This document shows, piece after piece, positions 29,746-39,900 of a DNA stretch of 64,000 nt (positions are counted from its first letter, which is position 1; each line of letters opens with the position of its first letter). The DNA comes from an uncultured Pseudomonadota bacterium (GTDB lineage: Bacteria > Myxococcota_A > Polyangia > Fen-1088): contig CAWKBC010000008.1 of assembly GCA_963847705.1 (NCBI GenBank), forward strand, positions 1 to 64,000. Reading direction: 5' to 3'. A program made the position numbers and the translations under genes. The notes beneath the pieces were generated by a model. The model saw nothing but the letters and a program-made list of their open reading frames with translations, did not search any database and was not told the DNA's origin.

Positions 29746-32403
29746 TCAATATGTATCGCGGACGGTCGTCGCGTGCAGCATTGATGAGAGCCGCTCGGCG
29801 CCGCCCGGTCGCGCGCCCGGCGACGGCGTCCACTCGACGGTCTCCGTCTCACCCGGCAACAGATCGAAGAAGTTGTCGGAGAAGGCCCCTTCACCGTCGG
29901 GCGTCGACAGCCAGATCGCGCGCGCGAACCGCCGCGCGGTGACCTTCACCGTGGCGCCGATCCGATGCGGCGTGACGCCGATCGCCAGCTCCGGCGAGGG
30001 GAGCGCGAGCTCGCGCGTCTTCAGGAAGTAGAAGAGATTGCGGCTCACGGTCGCACCACCCGCGCTCAGCTCGGCGACCAGCACCACGTGGCTGGGGTCG
30101 ACCCCCTTGAGCAGGTCGCGCTTCGAGGCCGAGAACTGCGGCTCGCTGGTCAGCGCCTTGACGGTGACGTCGCGCTCGAAACGCCAGCGCTCCCCGCCCC
30201 CGTCGAGATCGACCAGGCGCAAGGTCAGGTGCGCCGGCAGGTCGGTCCGCTCGTCCGAGACCAGATAGACGCGCAACGTCCCGTTGTCGTCGACCGGCGA
30301 GACCAGCACCGGCGCGAAGAAGCGCCGTGCCGCGTACTGCAGCGCCTTCCAGGTCCCGTAGTAGTCGATGCTGGACCAGGAGGCGACCGGCCAGCAGTCG
30401 TCGAGCTGCCAGTAGAGGCTCCCCATGTTGTAGGGCATGCGGCGGCGGTGCGCCTCGGCGCCGAACTGAATGACGTTCGCCTGCAGCACCTGCGACAGAT
30501 AGAGAAAGGCGCCGAAGTCCTTGGGGGCGCGGAAGTCGCGCTCCATGTAGGTCCGCACCAGCGCGTTGCCACGCGGGTGGCGCTGGTGCGACAGCATCAC
30601 CGGGGAATCGAGGCGCCACTCCGACGGCGGCGCGTAGCGCGCCACGCTGGGGAGCGTGGGGAACGACTGGAAGCCGTACTCGCTCATGAAGCGCGAGATG
30701 TTGGCGGCGTAGGCCTCGTAGGGCGCCTCGGCGTGCCAGACGCCCCAGTAGTGCATGTCCCCCCAGCCCATCTTGCCGGGCGCCACGCCGTCCTCGTTCG
30801 CGCTGGGGGTGGAGCGCGTGTAGAAGCGCCCCGGATCTTCGGCGGCCACCACCCGCGGCAGCACCTCGTGAAAGATGCGCTTGTAGTCGTTCCAGATCGT
30901 CGCCTGCGCCGCCTTGTCGAGATGAAACTTTGCGGGCCAGCCCCACTGCTGCCAGGCCGCCTCGACCTCGTTGTTGCCCGCCCACAGCGCCAGCGACGGA
31001 TGATTGCGCAGCCGGCGCACGTTCTCGATCGCCTCCTGTCGCACGTTCTCGATGAACGGCGGGTCGCCCGGATACATGCTGCAGGCAAACATGAAGTCCT
31101 GCCAGACCAGCAACCCCAGCTCGTCGCAGATCTCGTAGAAGCGGTCGTCCTCGTAGATCCCGCCGCCCCAGACCCGGAGCATGTTCATGTTGGCGGTCGC
31201 CGCCGACTGCAAGAGGAAGCGGTACTTCTCCTCGGTCACCCGGGTGACGAAGCTGTCGGCGGGAATCCAGTTCGCCCCCTTCATGAAGACAGGCGCGCCG
31301 TTGACCACGATGGTGAAGGTCTTGCCGCCGGCGTCGTGCCGGCTCACCACCTCCAGCGTGCGCAACCCGATGCGCGTCTGTCGACGCCCGCGCGTCACGC
31401 CGCCCGTCGCCAGCGACGTCTCGAGGGTGTACAGCTTCTGCGCGCCGAGGCCGTTCGGCCACCAGCGCTCCGGCTTGTCGATGACGATCTCCAGCCGGAC
31501 CTCGTTGCGCCCGCGCGCCAGCACCTTGTCGGCCGCTCCCAGCGCCGCGCCGCCGGCCAACCCCACCGTCACCCGGGCCTGCCCGGCCCGCGCCGCCGTC
31601 ACCGCCGCCACCACCACCAGCTGCGCGTGCGCGTCGTCGAGCGCGCGCTGGGTGACCTGCACGTCGTCGAGCCGCGCCACATCCCAGCCCTCGACGGCGG
31701 CAGGTCGCCAGATGCCGCTGGTGACGAAGCGCGGCCCCCAGTCCCACCCGTAGTGGTAGGGCGCCTTGCGGGCGAACATCGAGACCATCTGGGGCGCCTG
31801 ATCGTTCGCCGCCGGCAGCGTGTAGCCGAGCCGATCGTAGGCCGGCTTGGCCACCGCGATCGGCGAGCGAAAGTGCACCACCACCGTGTTGGCGCCGGCG
31901 ACGACCCGCGGCTTGATGTCGGCGCGCCAGGAGCGAAACATGTTGTCCGCCGACAGCACGCGCGTCCCGTTGACCGAGACCTCCGCGAAGGTGTCGAGCC
32001 CCTGGAAGACGATCTCGATCCGGTCACGCCCGAGGAGCGCGCTGTCGGCGACGAACGTCGACCGATACTCCCAGTCGGTGTGCTCGATCCACTGCAGCGC
32101 CTTTTCGTTGGTCCCGCTGAACGGATCGGGGATCTTCCCGGCCCGCAGGAGATCCGTGTGGACGCACCCCGGAACCTCGGCCGGGATCCAGACGCCGAAC
32201 CCGGGCGGGCCGTTCACCGCCCGCAACGACCAGGGACCGAAGTCGATCGCTTGCCCGAGCTCCATCTGCGGCAGGGTCTCACGCGCTCGGGCCGGCGAGG
32301 CTTCGGGTCGGCGCGCCGGCGCGGCGATCGACAGGGCGACCGCCGCGAAGAGCGCCAGCGCTACGGCTTGTCGATGACGATCGGGATGTTGAAGTCTTGC
32401 CAC
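29746..32403 (-). CDS. Beta-mannosidase, GH2 (start approximate)
   Basis: VPGCVHTDL, FQGLDTFA, RKAPYHYGWDWGP, KGANWIP, NMLRVWGGG, WQDFMFAC, GNNE, SEYGFQS, YWQLDDCWP. Confidence 0.93.
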   Translation of the reverse strand: MARLQHPDRHRQAVALALFAAVALSIAAPARRPEASPARARETLPQMELGQAIDFGPWSLRAVNGPPGFGVWIPAEVPGCVHTDLLRAGKIPDPFSGTNEKALQWIEHTDWEYRSTFVADSALLGRDRIEIVFQGLDTFAEVSVNGTRVLSADNMFRSWRADIKPRVVAGANTVVVHFRSPIAVAKPAYDRLGYTLPAANDQAPQMVSMFARKAPYHYGWDWGPRFVTSGIWRPAAVEGWDVARLDDVQVTQRALDDAHAQLVVVAAVTAARAGQARVTVGLAGGAALGAADKVLARGRNEVRLEIVIDKPERWWPNGLGAQKLYTLETSLATGGVTRGRRQTRIGLRTLEVVSRHDAGGKTFTIVVNGAPVFMKGANWIPADSFVTRVTEEKYRFLLQSAATANMNMLRVWGGGIYEDDRFYEICDELGLLVWQDFMFACSMYPGDPPFIENVRQEAIENVRRLRNHPSLALWAGNNEVEAAWQQWGWPAKFHLDKAAQATIWNDYKRIFHEVLPRVVAAEDPGRFYTRSTPSANEDGVAPGKMGWGDMHYWGVWHAEAPYEAYAANISRFMSEYGFQSFPTLPSVARYAPPSEWRLDSPVMLSHQRHPRGNALVRTYMERDFRAPKDFGAFLYLSQVLQANVIQFGAEAHRRRMPYNMGSLYWQLDDCWPVASWSSIDYYGTWKALQYAARRFFAPVLVSPVDDNGTLRVYLVSDERTDLPAHLTLRLVDLDGGGERWRFERDVTVKALTSEPQFSASKRDLLKGVDPSHVVLVAELSAGGATVSRNLFYFLKTRELALPSPELAIGVTPHRIGATVKVTARRFARAIWLSTPDGEGAFSDNFFDLLPGETETVEWTPSPGARPGGAERLSSMLHATTVRDTY

Positions 32404-34293
32404 GCGGGGGTGGTGTTCAAGCGATTGGCCGGCTGGTTGTAGAGATAGATCGCCGGATAGGTGCTGTACCCGACCTCATTCTTGACGATGGCCGTGATGT
32501 AGAGCTGCGAGACGTAAACGGTGTTCGTCATGTTGCCGTTCGTGACCGTCAGCTGCTGCGGGTTGTACCGGTTCGAGGAGAAGATCAGCCAGTAGTAGCT
32601 CTTGTTGTTGGCGTTGCCGATGGTTGGAGACCACTTGGCCCAGTGGTTGTTGATACCGGGGCTCGACAGGCCGGTGCACTTCGGCGGGTCGTTGGCGTTG
32701 AGGCGAATCGCCTGGGCACCCGCCAGACCGGAGGGTGTCGCAAACGGAGTCACGTAAAGCTCGGCGATCTTGTTGGCGTACATGACCTGGCCCGCCTGGA
32801 CGGCCGTGAACGCCAGCATCGAGTCATCCGGCGCGAAGGAGGGATAGTACTCCTCGATCGACGACGAGGATCCACCCGGCACCGGCGTGGCAGCTCCGCC
32901 GGCCTTGTTGTTGTACTGAACCGAGTAGAGGTCGGTGTGCCCCACGTTGAGACGCCCGTCCTCGTCGCCCGGCGTGCAGCTTTGCCCCGAGCACCCGCCC
33001 GGCGTCGAGGAGTAGACGATCGTGGTGCCGTCGTTGCTCCAGGTCGGGAAGGCGACGCCGCCGAGATCTCCCGTGTGCTGGATGTAATCGAAGGCAGTCC
33101 CGCGGGTGGGGAACGGCTGCCCGTTGTTCGTCGTGACCGCCGAGGACTCCGTGTCGACCCAGACGAGGTTGCCTGGTTGATAGTCGTCCGTGGTCCAGGG
33201 CATCGTGAGAATCGCTGGCCGGGATCTGCGCGGCCACGATGGCGATCTGGTCGCCCGTCGACCAGTGGGCCTGGGAGAAGGTCATGCCGCCCATCCAGGG
33301 GTACTGGACGAAGGTGCGCGAGCCGGTGCAGGTGTTCCAGTTCGTGCAGCTCGCCCCCGGATAGGTGGGGATGGCCTGCCCCTTGGTGCTTGCCTGGATG
33401 TTGGCGAACGCGCCACCCCAAGGCCAAGCGTCGACGAACCCGACGTAGTTTCCGTCCGGCGTTCCCACGTGGCAGCCAATGCAGTGGGACTGCTGGGTGT
33501 TGCCATTCTGAGTGGCGACCTGCTGCTGCACGTCGGTGATCGCGAGCGCCGGTGTCCCACTCGATTGAAAGAGCGTCGAGTCGTCACCGACGGTGAACCC
33601 GTCGAGAAATGAATCGTTCTTGATGGTGGCGACGTTGGTGATGTTGGACAGATCCTTGCCTACTGCCATCGGATCCATCGACCAGAACACCATGCTGCCG
33701 CCAGCGCCGACCGGGGCGATCTGAAAGCTGGCGCTGGTCGCGCCACCATTGGGGGTCTGAACCGTGACGGTGATGTCCTGCTCGTTGATGTGGGCGGCCA
33801 GGTTCTGCCAGATCGGCTTCGGCAGCGCCCAGCTGTCGCCCTGCGCGTACGCCACGAGGTCCGTCGACTCCATGTCGGCGTGGAAGGTGATCTTGAGGTA
33901 ACCGGTGTTGCCCGGAACGTGCACGCGCGGCGGCAGCCAGTTGTTGGGGAACAGGGAGCCATCCTCGGGCTCGGTGACGCAGGGACCGGAGCCGCTCGGG
34001 CTCCCGAACATGCCGCCCACGTCGGTGGGGACGTTCACCTGAAAGATCGGGTTCGGGTTGCTGGCCGTCGGCTCGAAGTCGGTGCACTGGCCGTTGCAGC
34101 CGCTCGGCGTGATGACGGTGGTGCCGCCACCGCCGGTGGAGCCGCCGTTGCCGGTCCCTATGGAGCCGCCCTTGGCGGAGCTTCCACCGGTGCCGTTCGA
34201 GGCAATCGGCTTCACCCCGGCGCAACCGGCGCCCGCCAACAGGGCGGCCAACGCCGCGACCTCAGTGATCCTCGCATAAGCTCTTGTGCTCAC
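32361..34293 (-). CDS. TolB/PD40-like beta-propeller lipoprotein; one frameshift near 33205
   Basis: LAGAGC lipobox; EPEDGSLFPNN, CIGCH, FPTWSNDG, YYPSFAPD, WAKWSP, WLIFSSNR. The two ORFs 32824-34293 and 32361-33203 join with a single indel. Confidence 0.75.
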
Positions 34294-34559
34294 GATCTAT
34301 CTCCCCGAAAAGCCTCGATTATATCTGGATTCGTCAAAGCTGCCATCCCCCAGGGTGCGCCCCGGTCTCTCCAAGTGCCTCGAAATGCCGGCCAGGTGTC
34401 ACCTAATGTGCGTGGGGAGCCGCCACTATCCGCCAAGAATGATCTCCTGACCCTGCGCCAACTTGACCCCACCAGACGAAGCTGGTGGACTTGAATGCGA
34501 AGATGACCGTTGGTACGCCCTCCGATCACCGCCAGGGCGGGCGGCTCTCCCAATCTCGG

Positions 34560-36299
34560 ATGGACGACGCGGTCAGGCGCCTGGGGCGCTTTCAAATCAT
34601 CGGACGCCTCGCGACGGGCGGTATGGCGGAGGTCTATCTGGCGCTGTCGGGCGAGTTGCCCGGCTACCGCACCCTGCTGGTGGTGAAGCGGATCCTCCCC
34701 CACCTCGCCTCCAACCGGCAGTTCATCGGGATGTTCCTCGACGAGGCGCGGCTGGCGGCGCTGCTCGACCACCCGAACGTGGTGCGCATCATCGAGGTCG
34801 GCCACGACGGCGAGGAGTACTTCCTGGCCATGGAGCTGGTGCAGGGCAAGCCGCTCTCCGCGGTCCTGCGCAAGGCCACGCGCGAACGCCGCCCCCCCAG
34901 CCCGGCGCTGGCCGCCTACATCATCGCCCAGGCGGCCAGCGGGCTCGGCTACGCGCACGCGCTCACCGACGGTGACGGCCGGCCGCTCGGCGTCGTCCAC
35001 CGTGACGTCTCGCCGCAGAACGTGCTGCTCTCCTTCGAGGGGGCCGTGAAGCTGATCGACTTCGGCGTCGCGCGCGCCTTCGGCCGCGTCGCCCACACCA
35101 GCCCCGGAGGTCTCAAGGGGAAGATCGAATACATGTCGCCCGAGCAGGCCTCGGCCGAGGAGGTCGATCACCGGGCCGACGTTTTCGCGCTGGGGGTGGT
35201 GCTCTGGGAGGTGCTGACCGGCCGGCGGCTCTATCGCCGTGAGACCGAGCTGGCCACGATGCGCGCGATCCTGGACGATCCGATCCCGCGCCCGTCGGAG
35301 GTCGCCGACATCCCCCCCGAGCTGGACGCGGTGGTGATGCGCGCCCTGCGCAAGCGGCGCGACGCCCGCTTCGCCAGCGCCCACGAGATGGCGCAGGCGC
35401 TCGAACGCTTCGCCTTCAGCAACGAGGGGTTCAGCCCGCTGCAGGTGGCCAGCTACATGAAGGGGCTGTTCGCGGCGGAGTTTCTGCAATGGCGCAAGAC
35501 CGCCACCGCCGCCCTCGACATGGAGGTCGATCGCGGCGAGCGACGTCCCCGGATCGACACGCCCGGGGCGGAGCCGCCGACGCAGGGGCCGACGATGGCG
35601 TTGCGCCCCGGCCTGTCGACGTCGGGGGTGCGCGCGGCCAGCGAGGTGAAGAGCCAGACCGCGCGGAGCCGGGGGACCATCAGCCAGGCAGTCCAGACGA
35701 TGCCGTCTTCGCCCTCTTCCCCCACTTCGCCGTCGACGGTCGACCCGCGGAGCAACAAGCGGGATCGTCTCTGGGTCTACGGCGGCCTCATCGTGCTGGT
35801 GGCGATCACCGGGTACGGCGCCTGGATGTTGACGCGCGCGCAGGGCACGGGCGTCCCGCACGATCGCCCGCCGCCGCAGGCGGCACCGACGGCCATCTCT
35901 TCTCCGCTGACGCCGCCCGCCCCGGCCGCCACGCCGGCGCCAGCGACGACGGAGGCGGCGGCCCGGGGACCCGCTGCGGCCGCCCCGAGCCCGCAGACCG
36001 CGGCCGCAGCCCCTCGCCCGCAGACCACGGCCCCGGCCGCGGCCCCGAGCGCCCCGCCGGAAGACGCCACAACCGCCCCGGTGAACGCCACCCCCAGACC
36101 CGTCACCGCCCCCGCCGCCGCCACGCCGGGGGCGGCCCAGGCTCAGGAGGGAAAGGGCGCCGGGCACCCACATCCCAGGCGGCGCCGGGTGCGACACGAC
36201 GACGGGGCGGCCGCCTCGGGATCCAAGGACCCCGACGACAAGACGCCTCCCGCCGCGGCGGCCGATTCAGGGGACAAGAAACCCGACCCTTTCGAGTGA
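34560..36299 (+). CDS. Membrane-anchored Ser/Thr (Hanks) protein kinase
   Basis: LATGGMAEV, VVKR, HRDVSPQN, DFG, YMSPEQ, DVFALG; TM LWVYGGLIVLVAITGYGAWML; Pro/Ala-rich external tail. Confidence 0.93.
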   Translation: MDDAVRRLGRFQIIGRLATGGMAEVYLALSGELPGYRTLLVVKRILPHLASNRQFIGMFLDEARLAALLDHPNVVRIIEVGHDGEEYFLAMELVQGKPLSAVLRKATRERRPPSPALAAYIIAQAASGLGYAHALTDGDGRPLGVVHRDVSPQNVLLSFEGAVKLIDFGVARAFGRVAHTSPGGLKGKIEYMSPEQASAEEVDHRADVFALGVVLWEVLTGRRLYRRETELATMRAILDDPIPRPSEVADIPPELDAVVMRALRKRRDARFASAHEMAQALERFAFSNEGFSPLQVASYMKGLFAAEFLQWRKTATAALDMEVDRGERRPRIDTPGAEPPTQGPTMALRPGLSTSGVRAASEVKSQTARSRGTISQAVQTMPSSPSSPTSPSTVDPRSNKRDRLWVYGGLIVLVAITGYGAWMLTRAQGTGVPHDRPPPQAAPTAISSPLTPPAPAATPAPATTEAAARGPAAAAPSPQTAAAAPRPQTTAPAAAPSAPPEDATTAPVNATPRPVTAPAAATPGAAQAQEGKGAGHPHPRRRRVRHDDGAAASGSKDPDDKTPPAAAADSGDKKPDPFE

Positions 36300-36345
36300 G
36301 TCATTTGACCGGTCGATTTCGGGCCGTGTAGACTTGAACTCTTAA

Positions 36346-36732
36346 ATGGCGGCGGTGCAGATTACTGGGATCAAGGATACGGAGTTCGAAGCCACGGCGG
36401 CGGCGGACGGCCAGGCGCTGGTGATGCGCCTCTCGGGAAACGCGGACCTGAGGGTCAACGCCCCTCTCGGCCCGTTCTTGGACTCCATCGATGACGAGGC
36501 CCGCCGCGAGCACATGGGAGAGGTGGTCGCGGACTTCCGCGAGCTGGTGTTCATGAACTCCTCCTGCCTCAAGGAGTTCGTTCGCTGGATTGCCCAGGTC
36601 GACGAGCGCACCGACGACCACTACCGCATCCGCTTCCTCAGCGACCCGGGCGCGCAGTGGCAATCGCGCAGCCTGCAGGCGCTGCGCGCCTTCGCTCCGA
36701 ACCTCGTCACGATCGAAATCGCGAAGTCGTAG
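36346..36732 (+). CDS. STAS-like (anti-anti-sigma/SiaC-like) regulatory protein
   Basis: VMRLSGNAD...VVADFRELVFMNSSC motif corresponding to the STAS phospho-Ser loop. Confidence 0.7.
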   Translation: MAAVQITGIKDTEFEATAAADGQALVMRLSGNADLRVNAPLGPFLDSIDDEARREHMGEVVADFRELVFMNSSCLKEFVRWIAQVDERTDDHYRIRFLSDPGAQWQSRSLQALRAFAPNLVTIEIAKS

Positions 36733-36788
36733 GGCGGCTCGCGCTCCTCCGATCCGGTGGGCGGCTCCGCTCGGCACTTCCGGCGGGG

Positions 36789-36898
36789 GCGGCGGGGGCA
36801 GGGGTGTCCCTCCACCGCTCGCGAGAAGGAATCCTCGGCCGCGAACGATCAGAGCGGCCTGCGAGCGAGCGGCGGAGGGACACCCCTGCCCCCGCCGC
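36789..36898. repeat. 34-bp inverted repeat (REP/MITE-like) between convergent genes
   Basis: GCGGCGGGGGCAGGGGTGTCCCTCCACCGCTCGC (36789-36822) and its reverse complement with 1 mismatch (36865-36898). Confidence 0.85.
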
Positions 36899-36963
36899 GC
36901 CTCTGGTCGAGCCTCGGCTCCGCTTCGCCGGGCCTCGCTCGGAGGGCGCACCGCTGGCTTCGA

Positions 36964-39900
36964 CTACATCGGCTCGGTGCCGTAGACGAGAGCGGTTCCG
37001 TTGCTGGTGGTGATGTACACGGTCACCTTGGTGGTCGCCAACAAGGTGTTCGAGCCGTTGTATGAGTAGTCGCCCGTCTGGGTGTAGTTGGAGTTGTCGT
37101 TCTTCCTCATGCCTACGCCGAACTCCATGTACTTCCCGGGGGCGATGCTGCCATCCGCAGCAACGAACGCGAGCTGCTCGTAATAGTCCGCTCCCGTGCG
37201 CGCCGGCGAAACCGCGGTGAACGAACCGGTGATGCCCGTGGCCGGCAGGCTCGTCTGCCCGCTGTTGTTCAGGAAGTAGGTGGGCGTGATGAAGGTCTGG
37301 GTCACGGTCCCCGTGTCGTCCCAGGTGTACCAGTAGCGAATCGTGAGCTGTGAGATCGGGACAGCCGTCGTTCCGTTGTTGGTGACCCTGACGTCATAGT
37401 AGAGGCCCTGGGTGACTGCTGGACTCCCGGCGTTGCTCAGCTGGACCGAGATGTTCACCGCCTGAATGCATGTCCCGCCCGCGCACATGTACGCTGCCGA
37501 GATGCAGTCGGAGTTGGCGGAGCAGGTCGCCAGGCAGGCGTTCGTGCCGCAGATGAACGGCGTGCAGGAGCTGGTCGCGGGGGTCACGCAGGATCCAGAC
37601 GCATTGCACGTGGATGTCGGGTGGTACGTCGACGTCGAGCAGCTCTGCGCGATGCACTGAGTTCCACTGGCGTACTTCTGACAGCCGCCGCTGCCGTCGC
37701 AGAAGCCGTTGGTCCCGCAGGTGGCCGCGGTCGCGTCGGTGCACTGGTTGAGCGGGTCCTGGCCCGCGGGGACCGCGATGCAAGTGCCGAGCGATCCGGC
37801 GATGGCGCAGGACGAGCAGTTGGCCGTGCAGGTCGTCGCGCAGCAGACGCCCTGCTGGCAGTGCGCGGCGGAGGCGACGCACTGGTTGTCGGCGGTGCAG
37901 GCCGCGCCCTGCGACAGCAGGCCGCAGCTCATCGTCGAGGTGTTGCAGGTGTTCGGTGAGGCGCAATCGGTGGTGGCCGCGCAGCTCGTCTTGCAGATGT
38001 TGTTCGTCGTGTCGCAGCCATAGGGCGCGCAGAGCGATGCGCTGACCGTCTTGCAGACGCCGGTGCCGTCGCAGGTGCGTGTCGGCGTGAACGTCGAGCC
38101 GCTGCAGCTCTGCGCGGCGCAGACCGTCCCCGAGGCGTAAAGGCGGCACTTGCCGCTGCCGTCGCAGCTCCCGTCGGTGCCGCAGGTGGCGGCGGTGGCG
38201 TCCGTGCAGGCGTTGAGCGGATCGGTCCCGGCGGGGATGTTGGTGCAGGTCCCCAGGGTGGCGGTCAACGCGCACGAGGAGCAGGTCCCCGAGCAGGTGG
38301 AGGCGCAGCAGACACCCTGCTGGCAGAGGCCGGAGGCGCAGGCCCCCGCCGCGGTGCAGGTATGGCCGAGCGGCGCCAGGGTGCAGGTGCCGCCGTTGCA
38401 GATGTTGGGCGCCGTGCAGTCACCGTCCACCGTGCAGGTGATCTTGCAGATGTTGTTGGTCGTGTCGCAGGCGTAAGCGCCACACGAGGTGCCGGTCGCC
38501 GCCGGGCACATCCCGGTCCCGTTGCAGACCGCCGCCGGTGCATAGGTCGAGCCGGTGCAGGTCGCCGCCGCGCACTGGGTGCCCGCCACGTACTTCTGAC
38601 AGGCGCCCGCGCCGTTGCAGAAGCCGTTGTTGCCGCAGCTGGTCGATCCCGCGTCGGTGCATTGCGCCAGCGGGTCCTGACCCGACGGCACGTTGGTGCA
38701 GGTCCCGATGCTGTTCGTCAGCGCGCACGACTGGCAGGTCCCCGAGCAGGCGGTGTTGCAGCAGTAGCCCTGCGCGCAGAAGTTGGAGTTGCAGTCGCTG
38801 TTGGCTGCGCAGGCGGAGCCGATCGGATACTTGCCGCAGCTCATCGCGGTACAGACATTGGGCGACGTGCAGTCGGTGTTGGCGCCGCAGGTCCCGAGAC
38901 AGGCGGTCGCACCACAGACGTAGGGGGCGCAGGACGACGGCGTGCCCGCGACGCACTTCCCGGCGCCGTCGCAGCGGCTGGAGGCGGTCAGCGTCGATCC
39001 CGCGCAGCTCTGCGCCAGGCAGACGGTTCCGCTCGAGTAGAGCTGGCACTTCCCCGCGCCGTCGCAGGACCCGTTGGTCCCGCAGGTGGTGGCGCCCGCA
39101 TCCGTGCACTGGTTGAGCGGGTCGGTCCCCACGGGAACGTTGGTGCACGTCCCGGCGGTCGCGGCGCTCAGGTTGCACGACTGGCAGGTCGCCTCGCAGC
39201 CGGTGTTGCAGCAGACGCCCTGCTCGCAATAACCCGAGCCGCACTCCGTCGCCGCGCCGCAGGTGGTGCCGTTGACCTTCTTGCCGCAGATCGTCCCGTT
39301 GCAGACGAAGCCGGCCGCACAGTCCGCAGTCGTTCCGCAGCTGGTCTTGCAGTCACCGTTGGTGCCGCAGATGTAGGGAGAGCAGGCGGACAGACCACCC
39401 GCGACGCAGGTCCCCTTGCCGTCGCAACGTCCCCCCGCCGTCTCGGTGCCTGCGGTGCAGACGTCGGCTCCGCAGGAGGTGCCGGAGGGGTAGTTCTGGC
39501 AGGCGCCGGCGCCGTCGCAGAACCCGTTCGTGAGGCAGCTGGGGGCACCCTGATCGGCGCACTGGCCGAGGGGATCCTGGCCGACCGGCACCGCGATGCA
39601 GGTCCCCTGGTTCTTGGCGACCGCGCACGACATGCAGGTTCCGGTGCAGGTCGTCGAGCAGCAGACCCCCTGCGCGCAGTGGGTCGACATGCAGTCGCTG
39701 TCGGCGGCGCAGCTGGCGCCCGGCGGCTTGAGCCCGCAGCTGCCGTTGTTGCAGCTGTTGCCGACGGAGCAGTCGGCGTCGGCCGTGCAGACCGTCTTGC
39801 ACGAGCCGACGTTGGCGCCGGTGGTGTTGCAAACGTAGGGGGCGCAGGACTGGCTCGGCTTCACGTTGCAGGTCCCGAGGCCGTCGCAGCGCCCCGCGAA

